Positions 18,846 to 26,894 of a DNA stretch of 64,000 bases are shown piece by piece (positions within the stretch are counted from its first letter, which is position 1; every line of letters starts with the position of its first letter). The stretch comes from a virus. The notes beneath the pieces were generated by a model that had not been told where the DNA came from, made no database searches, and saw only the letters and a list, made by a program, of their open reading frames with translations. Position numbers and translations under genes: made by a program. The stretch is from IMG/VR virus record IMGVR_UViG_3300035698_022475, positions 1-64,000 of that record; one strand, 5' to 3'.

Positions 18846-20525
18846 GTGGAAGAACTAATAGAAACTACTGGCGAGACCATGATAAGTGAGAACTTACAGT
18901 GGGCCGTCAGTTTCAAGGGAGGTAACAACTTCCTTGGCCGAGTACTCAACGGCTGCAAGTTTGTAGCGCAGCCCGGCTTGAAGACAGCCGGTGTCATGAT
19001 CGGCCGTGATGGCCACAACATCTTTCTGTACGATCCGGATTGGCTCATTGAGCAACCGCGAGCCATGCAGATTCTCGTATTCTTTCATGAGGGCGCACAC
19101 CTGGCCCTCAACCATCTCAGTCGAATGCTTCGACTGCGCAAGCTCGTCAACGACGATATGCGCTACCACCGAAGGCACATGGTGCTGAACGTAGCCGCCG
19201 ATATGGCGGTCAACGATACAGCCCTCCGAACCTTCGTAGAGCAGAAGCCCAAGATTTTCAAAGACGCGATGACCGCAATGATACTCCCGGAAGCACGGCA
19301 CTACCCCAAGAACGAATCCTTTGAGCACTACGCCCACCTCTTGATGGAGGATCTGAAAGAGCATGGCTGGGCCCCAGACGATATCGACGACCAGCTCAAA
19401 GAGGTCCAACAGCACATACAAGACGCCCTGGACGGCAAAGGAGAGGGTGGAGAGGCGTCGGAGGGCTCTCAGGCAGCTCCAGGAGAGGGTGACGAGAAGC
19501 AGGAGGGCTCTCAGGCAGGAGAACCTCAGGAAGGCTCAGGGCCACCACAGGGAGGCGCTGACGCCTCTGGACAACCTCAAGAGGGTGCAGGAGGGCCTGG
19601 AGGCTCCCAGCAGGACCCCACCGGCCAGCCCAACACGGGCTACGGGCCCTACGACCCGCAACAGGACTCCAAGCTCCCTCAGTGGTTCAAGAACCTCCTG
19701 GCACAACAGCACGCACCCATCGACATCTCCGTGACCTGGGAGAAAATGACGGAATCCGAAATGGAACGAGCCCTCGACGACGCTCAGCGCGAAGGAAAAA
19801 AGCTCGTCCAGCAGGCACTCGACCAGACCAAGAAGAACCGTGGATTGATTCCACAGGCTCTCCAGGGATACCTCGACGAGTTTCTCACCCCTCCCACAGT
19901 GCCCTGGGAACTACTGTTCCGCGGGATGCTGCGCTCATCCATATCGTCCAAACTCATGGAGAGTACGGTGATGCCCAACGTGGCACTCATGCCGTCACTG
20001 GAGGATGGCCTTGAGCCCTACCCAGGACTCCAGAAGGAGATCGGCATCCACATCTACATCTGCGTCGACTCCTCAGGTTCTGTCAGCAACGCTGAGTACT
20101 TGAAGTTCATGTCCGAGATACAAGGAATTCTGACGACGGACAGCACGGCGAAGGCTTACCTCATCATCTTCGACTCAGCGATCCAGTACGAACAGGAGTT
20201 CGAGGAAGACGAGGAGATCCAGGCACCGGGCCAGAACGGCCTCAATCGGTATTGTGCCGGCGGAACGGACTTCTGTCCTCCCCTGCGCCGCATCTGTGGG
20301 GTAGACGACGAGAGCGACTGGGAAAAGAACGTCGAAGGGCTCAAAGGCAAATTGCCCAAGCCCGACCTGGTTGTCATGTTCACCGACGGGGAGGCTCCGA
20401 TTGCCTCTCCCTACGGTCCTATTCCGGACCTACTCCCAGCATGTCCGCTAATCTGGGCCCTCACACCTGACGGACGAGAAGACCCTGCAATGGGAAGTCG
20501 CGTCATCAAGATACAGGAGAACTGA
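18846..20525 (+). CDS. DUF2201-type metallopeptidase-VWA protein (MoxR partner)
   Basis: HEGAH (HExxH) + 'NVAADMAVN'; G/Q/E-rich linker; VWA MIDAS 'DSSGS', 'GGTDF', 'FTDG'; AAGGAGG RBS and GTG at 18846. Confidence 0.85.
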   Translation: MEELIETTGETMISENLQWAVSFKGGNNFLGRVLNGCKFVAQPGLKTAGVMIGRDGHNIFLYDPDWLIEQPRAMQILVFFHEGAHLALNHLSRMLRLRKLVNDDMRYHRRHMVLNVAADMAVNDTALRTFVEQKPKIFKDAMTAMILPEARHYPKNESFEHYAHLLMEDLKEHGWAPDDIDDQLKEVQQHIQDALDGKGEGGEASEGSQAAPGEGDEKQEGSQAGEPQEGSGPPQGGADASGQPQEGAGGPGGSQQDPTGQPNTGYGPYDPQQDSKLPQWFKNLLAQQHAPIDISVTWEKMTESEMERALDDAQREGKKLVQQALDQTKKNRGLIPQALQGYLDEFLTPPTVPWELLFRGMLRSSISSKLMESTVMPNVALMPSLEDGLEPYPGLQKEIGIHIYICVDSSGSVSNAEYLKFMSEIQGILTTDSTAKAYLIIFDSAIQYEQEFEEDEEIQAPGQNGLNRYCAGGTDFCPPLRRICGVDDESDWEKNVEGLKGKLPKPDLVVMFTDGEAPIASPYGPIPDLLPACPLIWALTPDGREDPAMGSRVIKIQEN

Positions 20526-20526
20526 A

Positions 20527-21180
20527 ATGAGAAAGAGACCAATGACTTTTCGGCGGGGGAATATTTACCACGTAAAGGTGGCACAGCGGAGTATCAAAGC
20601 AGTAGGAGGGGCCCGCATCGACTACTTCCCCTTCGACCATGCTTACCTGGTGCATCAGGACGACGAAGACCGTGTGCGCCGGTTGTTCCGGTACTACTTG
20701 GTAATGGACTGCTCCGACATCATTCAGCAGATGCTCAAGCGTTTGTGGTTCGAAAACGAGCAGGCAATCACAATAGACCGAGATGACGACAAGTTCCACG
20801 GCTCTTGCCCCAATGCCAAGGATCGAATCAAGCTGGAGAATCCGAACGAATGGCTCCTCGTGGTACCGACCCACGCCACGCCTAAAACTAGGAAGGGCCG
20901 GAAGAATCCCGACGCCTCCGGTATCGGATACGTAGCCTCTCGCGTCTTGAGCGATCAGCACAATACCCACGTCAATATGCCTGCCATAGCGGTACAGACG
21001 CCAGACAGCCGCATTCCGCTGCTGTGCTCCATCTGTACAAAGCTTCCGGATTTCTACGAGGGCAAATGTGCTCCGGCAACAGGGACGTGTCGTTCCAAAG
21101 CCAGGACACGCGTACCTCTGGACATGGACCGTAAACGATCCTTCGACGCCTCGGTTGAAGAACAAGGAGACGCCTCATGA
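20527..21180 (+). CDS. hypothetical protein with C-terminal 4-Cys cluster (RT-operon gene)
   Basis: starts 1 nt after the VWA stop and overlaps the RT start (ATGA); CSIC..C..C. Confidence 0.72.
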   Translation: MRKRPMTFRRGNIYHVKVAQRSIKAVGGARIDYFPFDHAYLVHQDDEDRVRRLFRYYLVMDCSDIIQQMLKRLWFENEQAITIDRDDDKFHGSCPNAKDRIKLENPNEWLLVVPTHATPKTRKGRKNPDASGIGYVASRVLSDQHNTHVNMPAIAVQTPDSRIPLLCSICTKLPDFYEGKCAPATGTCRSKARTRVPLDMDRKRSFDASVEEQGDAS

Positions 21181-22373
21181 GTGTTGGATTCCTGAAAACC
21201 TCCCTGGTGAGGATCGAACTCCCCGACGTCTCCGCAGATATCCCCTACGTTGTGGACGACTGTAGCTTGGCATTCAATCTCGGATACCGTACGAAAACGC
21301 TGTGGTGGGTCATTCACCACAAGGAGTCCCATTACAAGGTTCACCGGATCCCTAAAAAGAAAACAGGTTTCCGTACCATCCACGCCCCGTCTACCTTCAT
21401 GAAGGGTTTCCAGAAGCGCCTACACACCAAGTTCTTGGTGCCCCTGCAGAACCACCTGGGTTCGCACGTCACGGCATATAGAAAGGGTCTCTCTACACGA
21501 CATGCGGTATTGCAACATATCCCCCCTTGTGAAATCTGCGACAATGCTGAAAAGGGTGAAACACCCAAGAAGCACGAGTGTCCGCGGAAAGGCACAGTCA
21601 TTCAGATGGACCTCCAGGACTTCTTCGGGAGCACTCGGCGATCCTGGATCCGGAACTACTTCAAGGAACAGGGTTATAACCACTACACTGCGGGGCTGCT
21701 GGCCAGCTTGCTGACCGTGGACGACATTCCGAACCAGAAGCCACTCAAGCAGCGGCGGAAGGATGAACCGGAAACGTTCACAGGAGTCCCGCAGGGTGCC
21801 CCCACATCAGGAGCAATCTGTAACCTCATCGCAGACTGGCGGATCGACCACCAGATCATGGGCTACCTCGACGAACTGAACGAACAGATGAAGCTCGAAG
21901 GGGACTGGCAATGGCAATACACGCGATACTCCGATGATCTGTGTCTCACGTGCGGACGTGACGTTTCCGCGACTGACAAGCGGGAAATCTGCAATCGCCT
22001 AACTCGCATTATCCAGAAGGCGGGCTACCGTCTCAATCCCAAGAAAACACGAGTAGGCCACGCTTACTACCGCAAGACGTTGCTAGGGATGGTCTTCAAC
22101 GAGAAGCCCAATATTCCACGAGAAAAATACTTGAAGTACCGCGCCATGGTTCACAACGCACTCACGCAGGGCGTAGAGAGCCAGTACAAGAGAGCGGGGT
22201 TCAAGGCACCCGAGGCGTACCTGGACCATCTCCGTGGCAATGTGAATTACATCGCACAGATCATTGACCAGTCCAACAAGGACCGTGCCGAACGCCTACA
22301 AATAGAGCTGGAATTGGCCGTTGAGAACTTCGAGGAAACCAAGAAGGAACAGCCGGGGGTAGCCAATGCCTGA
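21177..22373 (+). CDS. retron-type reverse transcriptase
   Basis: 'IPKKKTGFRTIHAP', region X-like 'TAYRKG..HAVLQH', 'MDLQDFF', 'GVPQGAPTS', catalytic 'YTRYSDDL', 'LNPKKT', region Y-like 'LLGMVFN'; no maturase or endonuclease tail. Confidence 0.9.
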   Translation: MSVGFLKTSLVRIELPDVSADIPYVVDDCSLAFNLGYRTKTLWWVIHHKESHYKVHRIPKKKTGFRTIHAPSTFMKGFQKRLHTKFLVPLQNHLGSHVTAYRKGLSTRHAVLQHIPPCEICDNAEKGETPKKHECPRKGTVIQMDLQDFFGSTRRSWIRNYFKEQGYNHYTAGLLASLLTVDDIPNQKPLKQRRKDEPETFTGVPQGAPTSGAICNLIADWRIDHQIMGYLDELNEQMKLEGDWQWQYTRYSDDLCLTCGRDVSATDKREICNRLTRIIQKAGYRLNPKKTRVGHAYYRKTLLGMVFNEKPNIPREKYLKYRAMVHNALTQGVESQYKRAGFKAPEAYLDHLRGNVNYIAQIIDQSNKDRAERLQIELELAVENFEETKKEQPGVANA

Positions 22374-23751
22374 TTACACAAACCTCAAACACTTGTTCAC
22401 TTACGCCGCGGCAGAGCGCGGGTACTATGGAAAAGCACCTGCCTTGATCTTCGCGTGCTTAGACTCACAAGATACTCAATTCAGTAACCGAGAAACCCCC
22501 ATGACTCTTACCCAACATCCGCTGGTACAGAAAGTCATGGGGGACGTTTACTTCGTAAAGTACTACTCCGGGGACGAAAACGAACTCTGGCACCACAACC
22601 GCGGGATACAGCGCTGGATCTTCACATCCGAAATGGCGGATGTTCTAAGATCCATGGACGCCGGGGACCATGACTCCGTTCTTCTTAAAATGGAAGACAA
22701 GCCCCTGGGCGCCGTAACTACCAAAGAAATCCTGGACGCCTGCTACCTCCCTCACAAATACGCCAAGACTTGTTTTGAATGTGCTACGGCACCCCTGAGT
22801 GAAAAGCACCTCAAGTCCAAGCACAACTGCTTCTTAAAGAATGCAGTACGGCGGTACAACACCGGTCACATACTCTCGACGGTTCTCGCCTCCTCTTATG
22901 ACTTGGAGGACATCTGCGAAGAGCACAATCTCGTAAACCGAAAGACGAAAATAGACAAGTTCGTCTACATCAGCCCTGCGCTGACACAGGCAGGGGTTCC
23001 TCATAATATACGTCGCGTGGGGGAACACAACTTCACAGTTATCCAAGATTCCTCCGATGCGCTCGCAGAGGGGCAACATGAGAGAGCCCGGTTTGTACAG
23101 TTCCAAAAAGAAGCATGTCCTGCGTGCTCCGTACAGACTCCCTGTGAGTGTTACAGGTCAGAAGCATCTCGTCGGTGGTGTGAGGGGCCTTACCCCAAGG
23201 AAAAGGAAATCGTAGAGTCGATTCTCGACAGGACGATTATCCCCTTCTCAAACTCGCAGCTACGATACCTCCTCGCCAATAGTGGAATTCTCAGTAAGCG
23301 TTTCGACAGACGTATAGTCGCCGGCACGTTCGGCATGTGCCACAACACCCTCGTCTTCAGGATACGACGCAAAACCTCTCCGCAGGGCTGCTCCGATATT
23401 GCTGAATTCGATAATATCCGAGACGCACGGAAGTTCCTTCAGAGGTACAACAAGGGGAATTCCCCGCAGCATATGCCCTCCATGACTCGGGAACTAAAGG
23501 CTGTATTGTGTGAGCTGGCCTCGCGCGACGGGAGCCCTCGGGAGCACCGCGCCTGGAGGACGGTGTCGTATCCGGTGCTGTACATCGAACCCTATAGCTC
23601 CGGCTACCGTGTTAATTATAGCTATCACGGAAGAGGAATAACCGGTTTTGGAATGTCAGTAAGCACACTGAGAGAAATCTTCGAGAACTTCGAGAGCTTC
23701 GCTTACGGACCAAGCCGGCACCACAACGCATCCCGCCGTAGAGGCTACTAG
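22366..23751 (+). CDS. Cys/His-rich hypothetical protein (461 aa; RT-operon gene)
   Basis: overlaps the RT stop; CFEC..H..HNC and CPAC..CEC..C clusters. Confidence 0.72.
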   Translation: MPDYTNLKHLFTYAAAERGYYGKAPALIFACLDSQDTQFSNRETPMTLTQHPLVQKVMGDVYFVKYYSGDENELWHHNRGIQRWIFTSEMADVLRSMDAGDHDSVLLKMEDKPLGAVTTKEILDACYLPHKYAKTCFECATAPLSEKHLKSKHNCFLKNAVRRYNTGHILSTVLASSYDLEDICEEHNLVNRKTKIDKFVYISPALTQAGVPHNIRRVGEHNFTVIQDSSDALAEGQHERARFVQFQKEACPACSVQTPCECYRSEASRRWCEGPYPKEKEIVESILDRTIIPFSNSQLRYLLANSGILSKRFDRRIVAGTFGMCHNTLVFRIRRKTSPQGCSDIAEFDNIRDARKFLQRYNKGNSPQHMPSMTRELKAVLCELASRDGSPREHRAWRTVSYPVLYIEPYSSGYRVNYSYHGRGITGFGMSVSTLREIFENFESFAYGPSRHHNASRRRGY

Positions 23752-23752
23752 C

Positions 23753-24961
23753 CTACGACGGAACTTCATAATCAGGACATACTTCCCGAAGTGCGGCAAG
23801 ACTAGCGTCTTCCGCCGCTTGGGCAGAGGCTAAATCAGCCTCTGCCTCATTTTTTGCTGAGACGGCTGTCGCCACATTGGTTTCCTGTTGAGAAACATTA
23901 ACGAGTGCCGCGCTGTACGCTCCCGTAGCGGCACCACAGAACGTACCGAGAGCAGAAGTGATGGCGTTGGTTGTGGTGGTAATATCAGACGTCGTATCGA
24001 CCGCCGTCTGGAAAACTCCCAAAACCGTAGCGGGGTTAGTATACGGACCATACCCGTCCGCCTGGACCCCATAAGCTAAGACCAAGGTATTAAAGCTTGC
24101 GGGCGTTCCGTCATAGGCCTTCAGGAGGTTATAAAAAGTCGTCCAGTCCGACGGCAATGTCGGGGGTCCATTATAGACCGGGACGGGAGGTGCTGTGGGG
24201 AACGTATTGTACGCGTCTTTAGCGTTTGCCCAGAAAGTACTCGAGACCCCGTAGAACGTACTCGAGTCATCCTGGAAAGTATCCGAGGATAACCAGAAGC
24301 TCTTGCTGGAGGTGAATAGGCTGTTTGCCGCAGTCGCAAACGCACCCGTCAGTCCAAGCAGATCGGGCCACAGAACCCCGTTCACTTCGGCACAGAAGTC
24401 TGCTTCGTCCTTGCGGATACCTGCAATTTCCTCCGCGTGCTGTCGGAGCACTTCAGCGGCATCAACAACCACCTCGGCATCCGCAACAGCCTCTTCCGCA
24501 GCAATACGTTCATCCCTGGCAGCAAGGTAAGCGTTTGCCAAAGCCAACTCATACTCGGGGTCAATGCCGGGGTGGAGCGAATCGACGATACCTACAAACT
24601 CGGTCTGGTAGAGGTACCACTGCTTAATAGACGCATCGACCCGTGACTTGATGGCTGCCTTGGCCTGTATCGCCACTTCCAGACCCGGGTACTGTTTGAC
24701 CAGACGGAAATAGAGATACTCTTCATCGCCGGCCGCAATGGCAGCATCCCGGTCACGCAGCATGAAGTTGATGTCTTTGGGCTGTCCAAACCGCTGGAAA
24801 GCGTCGTCTTTAGGTTCAGCCGGATCGACTATCTTAAAAACAAACATCCCCGTATTGGGAAGAACTCCCGGAGAAGTTACAGTCGTGGTGATCTGATACG
24901 CCGTGGACAAGTCAGCCAAGGTGACTTCAACAGAATCTTGCTCTATGCGAGTTTTATCCAT
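23753..24961 (-). CDS. putative virion protein with coiled-coil C-terminal region
   Basis: 402-aa ORF with Ala-rich helical stretches; N-terminal domain resembles the two upstream genes. Confidence 0.65.
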   Translation of the reverse strand: MDKTRIEQDSVEVTLADLSTAYQITTTVTSPGVLPNTGMFVFKIVDPAEPKDDAFQRFGQPKDINFMLRDRDAAIAAGDEEYLYFRLVKQYPGLEVAIQAKAAIKSRVDASIKQWYLYQTEFVGIVDSLHPGIDPEYELALANAYLAARDERIAAEEAVADAEVVVDAAEVLRQHAEEIAGIRKDEADFCAEVNGVLWPDLLGLTGAFATAANSLFTSSKSFWLSSDTFQDDSSTFYGVSSTFWANAKDAYNTFPTAPPVPVYNGPPTLPSDWTTFYNLLKAYDGTPASFNTLVLAYGVQADGYGPYTNPATVLGVFQTAVDTTSDITTTTNAITSALGTFCGAATGAYSAALVNVSQQETNVATAVSAKNEAEADLASAQAAEDASLAALREVCPDYEVPS

Positions 24962-24965
24962 TACA

Positions 24966-25334
24966 TTATGCCGTGTACGAGTGGGTAGTCACGCCCTCGA
25001 ACCCACCCGTATAGGTCACGAAGGTATCCAGAAGTCCCTGCACTCTGCCTTGTACGTGTGCAGCAAAACGGTCCGCAGTATCCACAGACGAATAGCCTAC
25101 TTCAGCTACGCGCATCCGATAGCGTTCTGCTCCTGCGGCATACGCAGCATCATACCCTACTGGTAAATTCATGACCTCCCACACGGAAGCCACATTGCTG
25201 AATTCTTGAGTTTCCGTCTCAAAAACAAACACCTCGGACGGAATACCCGAAGAGTAGATAATCTCGTTCTTGACCTTGTAGACAGGCCCCGGCGCTACTG
25301 TATTGGTTTGTCGGAGGTCTAATCTAGTGGTCAT
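24966..25334 (-). CDS. hypothetical virion protein (122 aa)
   Basis: coupled ORF; paralogous to its neighbours. Confidence 0.65.
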   Translation of the reverse strand: MTTRLDLRQTNTVAPGPVYKVKNEIIYSSGIPSEVFVFETETQEFSNVASVWEVMNLPVGYDAAYAAGAERYRMRVAEVGYSSVDTADRFAAHVQGRVQGLLDTFVTYTGGFEGVTTHSYTA

Positions 25335-26278
25335 TATTCGTACGTTTCCGTAAAGGTACCGCTGAAGGTATCCTCGTTGGTAGCATTTACAAGAGATTGC
25401 GCTTGCACACGCAGCGCGTCCACTTTGTTGTTGGCGACCGTCTCATCTTCAAAAACATCGTGGTGTTCTGCTGTCCTGAACAAGATGCCGATGAGTCCGG
25501 TATAGTCCCTGTCTGCTTCCGCTGAAGAACTACTATGCTGTACTGCAAGCAAAGTATCCAGGTACTCGGTGGTCAGGTTGCGCTCTGGAGTCGGCACAAA
25601 AGCAAGCGTAGGCGCCACCGGAGTAATTAAAAACTCTCGATTGAAAGGGCCGTCCAGAATGGTAACCACTTCGTAGTGTAGTACGTCCGCGGGAAGGAGT
25701 CCCATCACCTCTACCCAGATAGGAGGAAACGCTGAACCAGCTTTGATATCGATACGCCATCCTACCTGGACAAGGCCTGCAGGGAGACTAGCGTCGTAGT
25801 AGTGATTTACATCCTCGGGGAGTTCGGGCAATCCACCAGGAATCGCGAGAACCCAATTTGCTCCGTCATATTCGTACTGCGCTTGCTCGTCCACCGCCCA
25901 AACAGTCATCCCCACTTCGGGCTCAATGAAACTCCAGGTAGCTCCTCCCCACGTGGCGATAGAGTCTGACTGCCCTGCCCAAAGTCCTGCTCCCGGAGGG
26001 TTTACGACGTAACGATCTCCTGGAGCTAGAGCACCCAGCACCGAAGGGTTGCCGTACGCTTTGCTATTAACAACAATAGCATTGAGAAGCGAGATCTCAC
26101 TGAACTCAGCTACTCGTGAGAGTCTCTCAGGCTCTGAAACACCCAATTCCTGGACCACCAAACACTGCCGAATCGGGTCCGGAGTAGCGAGGTCCTCCAC
26201 TGTCGTGTGCAGATAATAGAGATCCGGGGTTCCAGGAAGAACCTTCTTCTCGAATTCTATGACTAATTTCGCAGTCAT
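25334..26278 (-). CDS. virion protein containing a DUF2793-like module
   Basis: 'PGDRYVV..GLWAGQ..IATW..TWSFIEPEVGMTVW..DE..YEYDG..W' matches the DUF2793 pattern as recalled. Confidence 0.65.
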   Translation of the reverse strand: MTAKLVIEFEKKVLPGTPDLYYLHTTVEDLATPDPIRQCLVVQELGVSEPERLSRVAEFSEISLLNAIVVNSKAYGNPSVLGALAPGDRYVVNPPGAGLWAGQSDSIATWGGATWSFIEPEVGMTVWAVDEQAQYEYDGANWVLAIPGGLPELPEDVNHYYDASLPAGLVQVGWRIDIKAGSAFPPIWVEVMGLLPADVLHYEVVTILDGPFNREFLITPVAPTLAFVPTPERNLTTEYLDTLLAVQHSSSSAEADRDYTGLIGILFRTAEHHDVFEDETVANNKVDALRVQAQSLVNATNEDTFSGTFTETYE

Positions 26279-26322
26279 ACAGTAATTGACCCTTCGCGAT
26301 TTAACTGTAAAAATAGTAGGTC

Positions 26323-26883
26323 ATGTCATTAGAAGCGTCAAGGAAGTACGTCGGAATCGACCCCTCAATACGGAGCACTGGGTGTGCGGTTCTAGGGGAA
26401 AACAAAGTCCTCCATACTCGAATCCTAAAAGCCCCCAAAGAGCGGGGGGCTCCCTGTCTCGCCAGTATTCGAGACCAGTTCAAAGCGGTAGTCCCCGGTA
26501 CCGCTACATATGCTTGTATTGAAGGCCCCTCTCTCAATTCCATCAATCGACCCGACGATCTGGGCCAGGTCCGTGGAATATTTCTTCTAACCCTGTTCGA
26601 CGCAGGTATCCCCGTTACCGTAATACCTCCTCAGTCCTTGAAAAAATTCGCTTCCAAGGGTGGCGCCAGCAAGACACGAATGATCGAAACTGCGGAAAAA
26701 GAATTCGGACTCGAGATCACCTCAGACGACTTGGCAGACGCACTTTGGTTAGCCAAACTCGCCCACGCCCTTTACGACGACAGTATTCGCCTAACTCGCA
26801 AACAATTGGAAGTAATCTACGGTATAAGAAACCCGAAGAGCAAACGAACAATTTCCGACCGCGGAAAAACCATAAACATCTAA
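26323..26883 (+). CDS. ruvC: RuvC-like Holliday junction resolvase
   Basis: 'YVGIDPS', 'CIEG', 'LKKFAS.GGASK', 'DDLADA'. Confidence 0.85.
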   Translation: MSLEASRKYVGIDPSIRSTGCAVLGENKVLHTRILKAPKERGAPCLASIRDQFKAVVPGTATYACIEGPSLNSINRPDDLGQVRGIFLLTLFDAGIPVTVIPPQSLKKFASKGGASKTRMIETAEKEFGLEITSDDLADALWLAKLAHALYDDSIRLTRKQLEVIYGIRNPKSKRTISDRGKTINI

Positions 26884-26894
26884 AGAGGAGATCT

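Noticed and set aside
19461-19520. Duplicated GAGGGCTCTCAGGCAG in the VWA gene
   Set aside because: Encodes a low-complexity EGSQA linker typical of this protein family
21177-22373. RT as part of a DGR or a group II intron
   Set aside because: I saw no TR/VR pair differing at adenines and no Avd-like gene; there is no maturase or HNH domain and no flanking intron RNA; motifs are retron-like (a self-alignment would settle the TR/VR question)
24454-24462. Further CAGCGGCAT matches (also near 59998)
   Set aside because: Partial matches inside coding sequence without a preceding hairpin; consistent with chance
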